Shown in pieces: positions 20,805 through 30,738 of a stretch of DNA of 64,000 bases. The notes beneath the pieces were generated by a model. It worked only from the letters and a program-made list of their open reading frames with translations, ran no database searches and had not been told where the DNA came from. The first letter of the stretch is position 1. Every line of letters starts with the position of its first letter. Made by a program: the position numbers and the translations under genes. The stretch lies in contig JBMNFY010000010.1 in assembly GCA_050949565.1 (NCBI GenBank), positions 96,001 through 160,000 on the forward strand. The letters are read 5' to 3'. The DNA is from Kiritimatiellia bacterium. Its GTDB lineage: Bacteria; Verrucomicrobiota; Kiritimatiellia; RFP12; UBA1067.

Positions 20805-21080
20805 TTACTTTTTATTCCAACTATCGATCATCTCGCGGGCGCGGTCTTTGCCGCCGAGGTCGAAAGCGAGGCCCACGGCGATCGCGCCGCCGCCAAAGAG
20901 CGCGGCTACCGCGATCGTGACGATCTCTTTGCCCACACCGAGTTACTCAAGGGCCATGCCGGCTCCGAGCAGGAGCACCGCGTAGCGGGTCACGCCGGAC
21001 AGCAGCGCCGCGTTCTGATGAACCTCCTGCGCCTTGGCCACGAGCAAGGCCGATAAAAAATAAGTTTTTTGAACCAACAT
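20805..21080 (-). pseudogene. remnant of a CmpX / TM-helix-repeat (MscS-associated) membrane protein
   Basis: Minus-strand translation ...AGMALE*LGVGKEIVTIAVAALFGGGAIAVGLAFDLGGKDRAREMI; in-frame TAA at 20943-20945. Confidence 0.65.
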
Positions 21081-21211
21081 TTTTTCTTTCTTCAAAAACT
21101 CAAAACTCTTGCTTCGTTCTTCCCCTCCAGCTTATTATATACCCGTAACCATGATTTGGGTCATGGTGGATGATGTTCGTGTCCCCTTCCTAAAAAGAAA
21201 GGTCGACGATC

Positions 21212-22453
21212 GTGAACAAGCACGATTGGAGCAGATTCCTCGCTGCGGTTGCGGCGACATTCGCGGCGGTTGCCGCGAGCGCCATCCCTGTCGGGGTGAC
21301 GGTGAACGGCACCCCGCTCGACTCCGGCGGCCCGTCGTACGGCGCAGGTTGGTTGTACGATCCAGGTTCTTCCACCCTTTTCCTCTTTGGCACGGGCCCC
21401 TTCACGCTTTCGGGTATCAATGTGATTGGCGGCGTGCGCGTCGTCATCTCCGAGAGTGTGACGAGCATGGTTGCGTTTTCGAACCTAACGCTCCGGGCAA
21501 CGGGCGATAACCGGTGTGCTTTCGCGCTGGAGACGAACGCCTGCGTCTCGCTCTTCCTTGCAGGGGAGAACACGCTCATGTCGGGTGAGAACCGTGCGGG
21601 TATCGAGGTCGCGGCGGGGCGGACCCTCTCCGTCACCCATGCATCCGATGACGCGATGGGTTCACTGACGGCGATGGGCGGCGATTACGGCGCGGGCATC
21701 GGCGGCGGCGACCAAGGCGCGGGCGGTACGGTGACCATCAACGGCGGCATGGTTGTCGCAAACGGCGGCCTTAGCAGCGCCGGCATCGGCGGCGGATGGA
21801 GCGGTGCTGGTGGCACAGTGACCGTCAGTGGCGGCACGGTCTTCGCGCAGAGCGGTGCTGGCGGCACGGACATCGGATCCGGCTACAACGGCGCGATCTC
21901 TGGCGCGAACCTCTTTACCGGCGGCTCGATCCGTCTCGCGAACGACACCATCACCCCCGCGCCCAGCAACGGCACAGCGCGTGTCTGGTGCGTGACGGTG
22001 CCGGGGCTCACGCCAGGTGCGGCGGTCGAAATAGCCCTGCCTGCGGAGAACCTCCCGGCCTACTTCGGCGTGAATGGCCTTTTCGCCGACGCTGTCGGTT
22101 GCATCTACCTGTGGCTCCCAGACGGCGACTACGCTTTCACGGCGAACAACATCGACTACACAGCCACCGTGGATGGTGCGGCGGTCACGGCCTCCGTCAG
22201 CGTTGACGCGCCGCTCTTCGCCACGGACGGCACGGCGCTCGTCTTCGACGGCGTGTTGCTCTCCATCAAAATCACCAACGCTCAGAACGGCGTCATGTAC
22301 ACGCTCTACGCGACGGACACGTTGGGCGGCTCTTGGATACTGGAGCAGGTCGTCCAAGCTCAGGCAGACGGCGATCTTGTCTTCGAGAACATCAGCGCGT
22401 CGCCGACAAAACGCTTCTTCAAGGTGAGGGCCAGCGCCAGTTCACCCCAGTAA
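21212..22453 (+). CDS. secreted glycine-rich protein with AGIGGG repeats (beta-helix, Cthe_2159-like)
   Basis: Signal peptide; repeated GAGIGGG..GGTVTI.GG units; C-terminal RFFKV strand. Confidence 0.7.
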   Translation: MNKHDWSRFLAAVAATFAAVAASAIPVGVTVNGTPLDSGGPSYGAGWLYDPGSSTLFLFGTGPFTLSGINVIGGVRVVISESVTSMVAFSNLTLRATGDNRCAFALETNACVSLFLAGENTLMSGENRAGIEVAAGRTLSVTHASDDAMGSLTAMGGDYGAGIGGGDQGAGGTVTINGGMVVANGGLSSAGIGGGWSGAGGTVTVSGGTVFAQSGAGGTDIGSGYNGAISGANLFTGGSIRLANDTITPAPSNGTARVWCVTVPGLTPGAAVEIALPAENLPAYFGVNGLFADAVGCIYLWLPDGDYAFTANNIDYTATVDGAAVTASVSVDAPLFATDGTALVFDGVLLSIKITNAQNGVMYTLYATDTLGGSWILEQVVQAQADGDLVFENISASPTKRFFKVRASASSPQ

Positions 22454-22469
22454 CAGGGACGAGGAATGC

Positions 22470-22750
22470 AGGACGCGAATCGAGTGCGTGTTTTGTGTGT
22501 GCACAATCGGGAGTGCGGGCGTCTCCGCCCGCTCTGTGAAAGGCCGGTTGGGATTCCGATGCGCGGTTTGGTTCCCAAGGGAGCAAAAACCCCGTAACAT
22601 GGGCGTCCCGCCCATGAAACACGGGCAAGATGCCCGTGCCACACCCTTTTGCAAGACACGTTGTTGCGGGCGAGGACGCCCGCGCCCCCGACTCTCTGCC
22701 TTCCTCTCACCAGAAACGCATGATCTTCGCCCCCTGTCGCTAACCGATTA
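22470..22750. mobile_element. composite MITE-like element, inverted copy carrying a REP-like palindrome
   Basis: Ends are reverse complements of the ends of 17910-18370; the interior holds the GTGGCAC repeat at 22593-22645. Confidence 0.55.
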
Positions 22751-22899
22751 CCCAAAAATCTCAAAAAAGCTCTTGCTTTGCTCCTCTCCTCGTTTTATCA
22801 TACGCTCGCTTCATGGCGGGAATCATGTTTGTGTTTCCTCCAATTCTAATTTTCGCGTCTCTTGTCTCTCTTCACCTCTAAACCGGAAGGAACAGACCG

Positions 22900-23256
22900 A
22901 TGGATAAACCGAACTGGATCAGACTTCTCGCTGTGGTCGCGGCGACATTCACGGCGGTTACCGCAATCGCTGCCCCTGTCGGGGTGACGGTGAACGGCAT
23001 CCTGCTCGACTCCGACGGCTCGGACGGTGAGGGCTGGATGTACGCCTCGTTCACGCTCACGCTTACGAACACGGGCCCCTTCACGCTTTCGGGCACGAAC
23101 ACGGCCGGCGCGGTGCGCGTCGTCGTCTCGGACGGCATCGCCAACACGGTGGCCCTCTCGAACCTGACCCTCCGGGCGACCGGATGCGTCCAGTGCCTTC
23201 CTGAGGGTCTTGGCACAATAAATCGGAAAGAAAACGCAAACAGGTTGAAGATATAG
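22900..23256 (+). pseudogene. truncated paralog of the 21212 secreted protein
   Basis: First ~94 aa align (LAVVAATF, PVGVTVNG, TGPFTLSG, SNLTLRATG); similarity ends abruptly near 23183. Confidence 0.75.
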
Positions 23257-23352
23257 CTACCATTGCCAACCGACCGGACATCTGGCATGGTATTGGTATC
23301 CGGCGCTTCGACAAACGCTCGCCGGGCTGATACTGATCAAGGAGTTTTACAC

Positions 23353-24315
23353 ATGCACACAGATGTTTCACGTCGCGGTTTCATGTCTGCCGCTACAGCG
23401 GCATGCGGAATGTTGTCTGCCTCTGGTGTCCGCGCCGCGGCTCCGGCACCGGTGGCGACGGGGAGTACCTTCCGTTACGCGCTCAATGCCGCTACCCTCC
23501 GTGGCTACAAATTGTCGCTCTCGGAACAAATCGTTCTGACGGCCCAAGCCGGTTACACCGGCATTGAGCCGTGGGTTGACGACATCGCCAAGGCTGCGGC
23601 CGGTGGTACCCCGCTCAGTACACTCAAACGGCAATGCGCCGACGCCGGACTCTCGGTGGTCAGCGCAATCAGTTTTGCGGCGTGGGCTGTTGATGACGAC
23701 ACCGCACGCGCCAAGGGCATGGAGCAGATGAAGCGGGATATGGATCTCGTCGCACAGATTGGCGGCACCCATATCGCGGCGTCGCCCGCCGGTGTCTACG
23801 GGGCCAACGTTAAGCTCGACCTCGACCGCGCCGCTGAGCGCTACCGCGCCGTGCTGGAACTGGGACGTAGCATGAGCGTGATTCCCCAAATTGAGTTCTG
23901 GGGTTCCTCCGCGAATCTCTCGCGCCTCGACCAGTGTATCTACGTCGCCGCACGCGCCGCGCATCCTGATGCCTGCGTGCTGGCGGACGCTTACCACATG
24001 TACCGCGGCGGCAGTGAGGCGGCATCGCTGCGGCTGCTCAGCCGCAGTGCGACGCACTGCTTCCACATGAATGACTATCCGGCCCAGCCGGCACGCGAAG
24101 CCCTCAAGGATAGTGATCGCGTCTGGCCGGGAGACGGCATTGCTCCGCTCACGGAGATACTCGCGATATTCCGGCAGAACCACGCGTCCGTCTGGCTCTC
24201 GGTCGAGCTTTTCAACGCCACCTACTGGAAACAGCCCGCGCCCGAGACCGCGCGCACTGGCCTTGCAAAGATGCAGGCCGTGGTCGCCGCGCTCGATGCC
24301 GCTTCCAAGCGCTGA
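23353..24315 (+). CDS. sugar phosphate isomerase/epimerase (AP endonuclease 2 TIM barrel), Tat-exported
   Basis: SRRGFM signal, GIEPW, DAYHMY, FHMNDY, DRVWPGDG, SVELFN. Confidence 0.88.
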   Translation: MHTDVSRRGFMSAATAACGMLSASGVRAAAPAPVATGSTFRYALNAATLRGYKLSLSEQIVLTAQAGYTGIEPWVDDIAKAAAGGTPLSTLKRQCADAGLSVVSAISFAAWAVDDDTARAKGMEQMKRDMDLVAQIGGTHIAASPAGVYGANVKLDLDRAAERYRAVLELGRSMSVIPQIEFWGSSANLSRLDQCIYVAARAAHPDACVLADAYHMYRGGSEAASLRLLSRSATHCFHMNDYPAQPAREALKDSDRVWPGDGIAPLTEILAIFRQNHASVWLSVELFNATYWKQPAPETARTGLAKMQAVVAALDAASKR

Positions 24316-24389
24316 GAAATGCAAGCAGGCATTGATTTTGGCGGGGTATTGGCCTAAACTTGGCACCCTATTCAGAAAGTGAAGGGTTT

Positions 24390-25427
24390 ATGACACTTGC
24401 GGAATTAGATTCACAACAGGCGGCTTCGTTGGCCGAGGTCACAGCGGCGGCGGATGCGGCCGCACTGGAACAGGTGCGTATCAAATATCTGGGACGTAAC
24501 GGTTTGCTGCCGGCGATCATCAAGCAGATGAAGGAAGTGCCGGCCGCGGATCGGCCGGAGTTCGGCAAGCGCGTCCAGGCGTGGCGTGCCGCACTGGAGA
24601 GCGCGCTGGCGGAACGTGTGGCAGACGCCGCTACGGGCAAGAAGGAGCGGGCGGCCTTTGACTGCACGCTGCCGGGACGCTGGTTCGCGCCGGGCGCCAA
24701 GCATCCGGTGTCGCGCGTGATCGAAGAGACGGCCGCGATCTTCGGACGACTGGGTTTTACGGTCGCGGACGGGCCGGACATCGAGACGCGCTTCAATAAC
24801 TTCACGGCGCTGAACACGCCCGCGCACCATCCTTCGATGGATGCTTCCGACACCTTCTGGCTGACGGACGACCGGCTGCTGCGTACCCAGACTTCGCCGG
24901 TGCAGATCCGTGTCATGACCAGCCATACGCCGCCGGTGCGGATCATCACGCCGGGGCGCACCTACCGCCGCGATACGACCGACGCCACGCACAGTGCGAA
25001 TTTCCATCAGATCGAGGGCCTCTACGTGGATACGAAGCCGGTGTCGCTCGCGGACCTCAAGTCGACGTTGGCGTACTATGCGCGGGAGATGATGGGGGCC
25101 GAAGCCGGCGTGCGTTTCCGGCCGCACTTTTTCCCGTTCACCGAGCCGAGCGTCGAGGTGGACTTCTCCTGTCACGTCTGCGGCGGCAAGGGTTGCCGCG
25201 TCTGCAAGATGAGCGGCTGGATCGAGATCGCCGGCGCGGGCATGGTGGATCCGCGCGTGTACGAGCACGTCAATCAGGCACGCGGCGATCACGCATACGA
25301 TCCGGCGACGGTTTACGGCTATGCCTTCGGTTTTGGTGTCGAGCGTATCGCGATGGTCAAGTACGGCATCCCTGACATCCGTTGGTTGTACGAGAATGAC
25401 GTCCGCTTCCTGAGCCAGTTGGCGTGA
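24390..25427 (+). CDS. pheS: phenylalanine--tRNA ligase alpha subunit
   Basis: LLRTQTSPVQ, FHQIEGL, FPFTEPS, CxxC zinc insert, AFGFGVERIAM. Confidence 0.97.
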   Translation: MTLAELDSQQAASLAEVTAAADAAALEQVRIKYLGRNGLLPAIIKQMKEVPAADRPEFGKRVQAWRAALESALAERVADAATGKKERAAFDCTLPGRWFAPGAKHPVSRVIEETAAIFGRLGFTVADGPDIETRFNNFTALNTPAHHPSMDASDTFWLTDDRLLRTQTSPVQIRVMTSHTPPVRIITPGRTYRRDTTDATHSANFHQIEGLYVDTKPVSLADLKSTLAYYAREMMGAEAGVRFRPHFFPFTEPSVEVDFSCHVCGGKGCRVCKMSGWIEIAGAGMVDPRVYEHVNQARGDHAYDPATVYGYAFGFGVERIAMVKYGIPDIRWLYENDVRFLSQLA

Positions 25428-25481
25428 GGCGGAGGGTATGGCGCAGAGTGCCGTGGTGAGCGAAAGAAGGAATTTTCGGAA

Positions 25482-27896
25482 ATGAAAGTACCGATCAGTT
25501 GGTTGAATGAGTTTGTGGATGTGTCGGATCTGTCGGTCAAGGAACTGGCCGACAAGCTGACGTTTTCTGGCGTAGAAGTGGAGGCGATCGACGAGGTTGG
25601 CGTGACGCTCGATGACGCCTTTGTGGTGGGGGAGGTGCTGACCTGCGAGGCGCATGCAAACTCGGATCACCTGCATGTCTGCACGGTGTCGGATGGCGAG
25701 AAGACGTGGCAGGTGGTGTGCGGAGCGCCGAATGCGCGCGCCGGCCTGACCGTCGCCTTTGCGCGTATCGGGGCGGTGATTCCCGAGGGCGGGTTCACGA
25801 TCAAGAAAGCCAAGCTGCGCGGCGTGGAGTCGTTCGGCATGCTCTGCTCGGCGCGTGAACTGAAGCTCTCTGACGATCACTCAGGCATCATGGAGTTGGA
25901 TCCGGCGTTGAAGCCGGGGACGCCGTTGCGCGATGTGCTGCCGCCGCCCGAGACGGTGCTGGATCTGGAGATCACATGGAACCGTCCCGACTGTCTCTCG
26001 ATCATCGGCATCGCGCGTGAATTCGCCGCGCTGCTGAAGCGGCCGCTGCGTCTACCCTCGATAGACTTTACCGAGACCGAAGAACCGGTGGAGCGCTTCG
26101 CGCAGGTGCGCGTGGATGATCCGGTCAAATGTCCGCGCTATACGGCGCGTGTGATGACCGGCGTGCAGGATGGGATAGCACCAGACTGGATGCGGCGTCG
26201 GCTGGAGTTGTGCGGCGTGCGATCGATCAGTCTGACGGTGGACGTGACCAACTACGTGATGTTGGAGTGCGGCCAGCCGCTGCATGCGTTTGACTACCGC
26301 ATGCTGGCGGATCATACGGTGGTGGTGCGGTGCGCTACGCCGGGCGAGACAATCACAACGCTGGACGGTGTGAAGCGTACGCTCGATCCCAGCATGCTGG
26401 TGATCGCGGATGCCAAGGTGCCAAGCGCGGTGGCGGGCGTGATGGGCGGCGCGGGTAGCGAGATCGCGGCAGACTCCGCGCATGTGTTGCTGGAGAGTGC
26501 GCTCTTTGATCCGGCCTCAACCAAATTCACCGCCACACGGCTGGGACTCAGCTCCGAATCATCGCGCCGCTTTGAGCGCGGGGTCGATCCGGATCTTGCG
26601 GATTGGGCAAGCCGCAGGGCGGTGGCCTTGCTGGTCGAGCATGGACAAGCGCGCGTGGCGCGTGGCGTAATCGACGTTGATAACCGCACTTGGAAAGCGG
26701 GCGAGGTGACGTTGCGTTTTGCGCAAGCGCAGGCGTTGATCGGCGTGGCGTTGCCGCCCGATGAGATGGTCGGGCTGCTGACATCGCTAGGGCTTGAAGT
26801 GATCGCGCGTGATGCGCAGAGCGCGACCTTCCGCATTCCCTCGTGGCGGCTGGACTTGACGCTGGAAGCGGATCTGATCGAAGAGATTGCGCGTCTGCAC
26901 GGACTGGATGAAATTCCAGACCGCATGCCGGACGCGACGGCGGTCTCGACACTTGACGACCGGCCGTTCCATGCACGGGTGCGCTGCCGTAGCATCTTGT
27001 TGGGCATGGGCTTCAGCGAGGCGATGCACTACAGTTTTCTTTCCGCGCAAGAACTGGATGCGTTTGACACGCGCCGGACGGCGTCGCGGGCGGTGCTGCC
27101 GAATCCGGTGAGCGCCGATTACGGCGTCCTGCGCGATTCGCTACTGCCGCAACTTGCGGGTTCACTCGGGCGCAATGCATCGCGTCAGGTCGAAAGCGCG
27201 GCACTCTTTGAGATGGGGCGCGTCTTTTTCAAGGATGCAGATGGCGCGTGCGGCGAGGAGGAGCGCGTGTCCTTGGGGATGATGGGGCCGTTCGGACGTT
27301 CCGCGGTGGACCGTCGGCGTGCGGTCACCAACGAGGAGGCGATGCTCTGGCTCAAAGGCGCGGTGGAGAATCTGGCGGCTGCCATGCATGCCGGAGAATT
27401 GGCATTCGAGCGAGGCGAGCATCCGGCGATGGAAGAGGGGTGGGCGGTTGACATCCTGCTCAATGGCGAACGCATCGGATGCATGGGGCTGATATCAGCC
27501 GCGCTGCGTCACCAGTGGCGCATGACAACGCCGATGCCGCTGGCTGAACTAAAGCTGACACCACTGCTGGCCGGCAAGGGTGCCACATCCGGTGTCAAGC
27601 CGGTACCGCAATATCCGGCGGTGCGCCGCGACATCGCGTTTGTGGCGGACGCAGCAGTGACGCATCGTGACATTGTGGAGACAGTGCGTCAGGCCGCCCC
27701 AAGGGAATTGACTAAAGTCAGGCTTTTTGATACATTTGAATCAAAAGAAATCGGGAAGGGGAAGCGTAGCATGGCGTTCACTTTGGAGTTCCGATCGCCC
27801 GACCGGACGCTGACAGATCCCGAAGTAAATGCGGCGTTTGCCAAGATCGTCCAAGCGCTTAAGAGTGGATTGGACGTCGAGGTACGCGAAGGTTGA
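25482..27896 (+). CDS. pheT: phenylalanine--tRNA ligase beta subunit
   Basis: VCGAPN, RGVESFGMLCS, NRPDCLS, GQPLHAFD, RFERGVD, FDX-ACB C-terminus. Confidence 0.97.
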   Translation: MKVPISWLNEFVDVSDLSVKELADKLTFSGVEVEAIDEVGVTLDDAFVVGEVLTCEAHANSDHLHVCTVSDGEKTWQVVCGAPNARAGLTVAFARIGAVIPEGGFTIKKAKLRGVESFGMLCSARELKLSDDHSGIMELDPALKPGTPLRDVLPPPETVLDLEITWNRPDCLSIIGIAREFAALLKRPLRLPSIDFTETEEPVERFAQVRVDDPVKCPRYTARVMTGVQDGIAPDWMRRRLELCGVRSISLTVDVTNYVMLECGQPLHAFDYRMLADHTVVVRCATPGETITTLDGVKRTLDPSMLVIADAKVPSAVAGVMGGAGSEIAADSAHVLLESALFDPASTKFTATRLGLSSESSRRFERGVDPDLADWASRRAVALLVEHGQARVARGVIDVDNRTWKAGEVTLRFAQAQALIGVALPPDEMVGLLTSLGLEVIARDAQSATFRIPSWRLDLTLEADLIEEIARLHGLDEIPDRMPDATAVSTLDDRPFHARVRCRSILLGMGFSEAMHYSFLSAQELDAFDTRRTASRAVLPNPVSADYGVLRDSLLPQLAGSLGRNASRQVESAALFEMGRVFFKDADGACGEEERVSLGMMGPFGRSAVDRRRAVTNEEAMLWLKGAVENLAAAMHAGELAFERGEHPAMEEGWAVDILLNGERIGCMGLISAALRHQWRMTTPMPLAELKLTPLLAGKGATSGVKPVPQYPAVRRDIAFVADAAVTHRDIVETVRQAAPRELTKVRLFDTFESKEIGKGKRSMAFTLEFRSPDRTLTDPEVNAAFAKIVQALKSGLDVEVREG

Positions 27897-27955
27897 CAAT
27901 TTTTGTTCTTTGAGAGGTGCCGGGGATGGTGAATGACCCCGGCGAGTGAAAAGAA

Positions 27956-28135
27956 GTGGGCCCTGCTTTGTGCGCGGATACGCAGTATTTCTCTGACCTT
28001 CAAGTTGTATCGGGAGTTCGAATGTGGCGCAGCAAGGATACCTGCCTCGAGCAGATCCGGATGGCGTCACCTAGGACACCCACCTCATGAGTGAGGTTTC
28101 AGAGATCCTGCAATACGGCAAAGTGGGGCTTTTTT
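27956..28135 (+). ncRNA. ssrS: 6S RNA
   Basis: About 175 nt rod: 5' GCCCTGCTTTGTGCG pairs with 3' CGGCAAAGTGGGGC and GCAGTATTTCTCTGACCT pairs with AGGTTTCAGAGATCCTGC; central bubble with GGGAG and CCCACCT; U-tract after; lies downstream of pheT. Confidence 0.8.
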
Positions 28136-28151
28136 TCGGGAATTAGCTATC

Positions 28152-28994
28152 ATGCATAAATTAGGGATCGTCATGGGGACGGGGCTTGCGGTTGTCGTTG
28201 CCACGTTCGTGGCACGTGCGCAGCTTCCGGAGGTCACGGAAACGGCTCTTGCCGAGCTGGGGACCACGCTCGGACAGCCGTCCATGAGCGGTTTTGTGTT
28301 CATTGAGGGGCGCTACATCAAACCGCCCTATACAGTGACGCGGCGCGGTAACGCGATTTTTATCAACCGCATTCAAATCGAGCAGCCTGTAGCATGGCCG
28401 CGTAATGTGGCTCCTGCTCCGGCGGCTGCGCGCGCGATCGACGCGGACGGTGATTTTGAGCCGATCACGCCGGATGCGGCGCAACCTGAATCTCCGCAAC
28501 CCGTTGCGGCGGACGCGCAGGCGAAAGTTGTGCAGAGTATCGATGACCTTTTCGCAGACGACGATGACGATCCGGCGCCTGCGCCGCAACCCGCCGCCCC
28601 TGCGCCAGCGCAAGCGACCACATCTCCGGAAGAGCGCGAGCGTGAAAAGGCGCTTGTGATTGAAAGTCTCGAACGTATCCGTTCCGGCTACGAACAGGCG
28701 TTGGCGCGCGGCGAAATCTTTTTCTTCGGGCAACGGCATAACCGCGTGAACGGCACCTACGGTACCGCAAGAACGCTGATAGAGGTTTTGCCGAGCGCAC
28801 TGCGGTATGCGGAGTCACCGCTTGATTTGCAGAACAAACTCAGACAGGGCGGTGTCTATTTTCTCGATATCGGGATTTGCGGCGAAGTCTTCCGGCACAA
28901 AAACACGTTCCCGTTGCTGGAAGAGAGACTGCGCAGAATCAAGGCAGACGAGGCGCTCGAAGCAGCAAGGAAAAAAGCTGCGCGCCCTTGGTGA
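28152..28994 (+). CDS. hypothetical exported protein with Pro/Ala/Asp-rich linker
   Basis: Signal peptide ending VARA, 280 aa, codon usage matches neighbours. Confidence 0.65.
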   Translation: MHKLGIVMGTGLAVVVATFVARAQLPEVTETALAELGTTLGQPSMSGFVFIEGRYIKPPYTVTRRGNAIFINRIQIEQPVAWPRNVAPAPAAARAIDADGDFEPITPDAAQPESPQPVAADAQAKVVQSIDDLFADDDDDPAPAPQPAAPAPAQATTSPEEREREKALVIESLERIRSGYEQALARGEIFFFGQRHNRVNGTYGTARTLIEVLPSALRYAESPLDLQNKLRQGGVYFLDIGICGEVFRHKNTFPLLEERLRRIKADEALEAARKKAARPW

Positions 28995-29020
28995 CCGTGC
29001 AAGAAGAAAGGTTGTCAACG

Positions 29021-29371
29021 ATGCGGACGAAACACACAGTGAATGAGCCTGTTTTTAAACGCGTGGCCAGTATTCTGGCATCGATCGACTCACCCAAGGA
29101 GATGTGCACGTTCCTGGAAGAATTACTGACGCCTGCCGAGGTACGCGACATCACCTTGCGCTGGCAGTTGCTGGAGCGGCTCGCGGAAGGTGTCACGCAA
29201 CGCAAGATCGCCGAAGAACTGCGGATCAGCCTGTGCAAGATCACGCGCGGCTCAAAAATTTTGAAACAACAGGGCGCCGTGACGGCGCGTCTGCTCGGAA
29301 CAGGGAAGTCTGCCGGGCGGACGAAGGCGAAGGCTCATCGTGTGTGTTCACAGAAAAAAACGGCAGAATGA
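29021..29371 (+). CDS. TrpR-like (YerC/YecD) HTH regulator
   Basis: FLEELLTPAE...RW...TQRKIAEELRISLCKITRGS. Confidence 0.85.
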   Translation: MRTKHTVNEPVFKRVASILASIDSPKEMCTFLEELLTPAEVRDITLRWQLLERLAEGVTQRKIAEELRISLCKITRGSKILKQQGAVTARLLGTGKSAGRTKAKAHRVCSQKKTAE

Positions 29372-29387
29372 TAGAGGCTCTTCAGGG

Positions 29388-29496
29388 TGTGTGGCACGGG
29401 CATCTTGCCCGTGCTTCATGGGCGGGACGCCCATGCCACGCGGGGTGTGACACGGGCATCTTGCCCGTGTTTCATGGGCGGGACGCCCATGCCACG
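29388..29496 (+). repeat. two tandem REP-like double palindromes
   Basis: Same unit as 242-294, repeated twice. Confidence 0.88.
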
Positions 29497-29513
29497 AAAG
29501 GTAGGTCAATGAG

Positions 29514-30713
29514 ATGCAGTTAATTTCAAGCGAGATTCAAAGCCAGATGGCGGGCTCTTCATGGATCCGCCGCATGTTTGAAAAAGGCATTGAGCTGAAA
29601 AAACAGTTCGGCGCAGAGAATGTCTTCGATTTCAGTCTTGGCAACCCAGACATCCCGCCGCCGTCCTGTGCGGCCGACGCATTGCACGGGCTGGCCGAGC
29701 GCGTGGCACGTCCATTTGGTATGGGGTACTGCCCCAACTCTGGCCTGCCGGAGTTCCGCGAAGCATTGGCGGCATATCTGAGCGTGCAGCAACAGGTGAC
29801 GGTGCAGGCCGCGCAGGTGGTGGTCACTTGCGGTGCAGCCGGTGCGCTGACCTCCTTTTTCCGCGCGGTGTTGGAGCCGGGCGACGAAGTGCTCTGTCCC
29901 GCGCCCTATTTTGTCGAGTACGGCTCCTACTGCGGACACTTCGGCGGTGTGCTCAAGGCCATACCGTCGTTGCCGCCCGATTTCCAGCCGGATATCGCGG
30001 CGATCGAAGCGGCGGTGACCGAGCGCACGCGCGTGTTGCTGATCAATTCGCCGAACAACCCGACTGGGTGCGTCTACTCGCAGCGGACGCTGACCGCGTT
30101 GGCTGAGTTGGTCAACCGCGTCAACGCTACACGCAAGCGGCCGCTGTATCTGTTGAGCGACGAGCCCTACCGCTTTTTAGCGTATGACGGTGCGGTGGTG
30201 CCGCCGATTCTGCCGCTGTCGCCATTCGCGCTGGTGTTGGGCTCTTTCTCGAAAAACCTCTCGATGGCCGGTGAGCGTGTGGGGTATCTGGTCGCTAGTC
30301 CCGCTATGCCGGATGTGGCGACGCTCATCAATGCGGTCACCCTGACCAACCGTACGCTGGGTTTCGTGAACGCGCCGGTGCTGGGGCAGCGCCTGGCGAT
30401 GGCGTTACTCAACGAGAGCGTCGATATCTCCGTGTATGCGCGCCGGCGTGAGGCCATGGCGCAGGTATTGCGCGCGGCCGGCATCCGCTTCACGTTGCCG
30501 CAGGGCGCCTTCTACTTTTTCCCGGAAGCACCGGGCGGGGACGACCAGGCCTTTATTCAGGCGCTTCTCGCGCAGAATGTGCTGGCCGTGCCGGGCAGTG
30601 GATTCGGCCTCGGCGGATATTTCCGGTTGAGTTTCAGCGTGGAAGATGCGGTGATCGAGCGTTCGGCGGCTGGTTTCAAAGCCGCTGTCGCTGCTGTGTC
30701 GAGCGCACGCTGA
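29514..30713 (+). CDS. PLP-dependent aminotransferase class I/II (aspartate aminotransferase-like)
   Basis: DFSLGNP, INSPNNPTG, SDEPY, SFSKNLSMAGERVGY. Confidence 0.92.
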   Translation: MQLISSEIQSQMAGSSWIRRMFEKGIELKKQFGAENVFDFSLGNPDIPPPSCAADALHGLAERVARPFGMGYCPNSGLPEFREALAAYLSVQQQVTVQAAQVVVTCGAAGALTSFFRAVLEPGDEVLCPAPYFVEYGSYCGHFGGVLKAIPSLPPDFQPDIAAIEAAVTERTRVLLINSPNNPTGCVYSQRTLTALAELVNRVNATRKRPLYLLSDEPYRFLAYDGAVVPPILPLSPFALVLGSFSKNLSMAGERVGYLVASPAMPDVATLINAVTLTNRTLGFVNAPVLGQRLAMALLNESVDISVYARRREAMAQVLRAAGIRFTLPQGAFYFFPEAPGGDDQAFIQALLAQNVLAVPGSGFGLGGYFRLSFSVEDAVIERSAAGFKAAVAAVSSAR

Positions 30714-30738
30714 GCGCGGTAGGATTGTCTTCTTCAAG

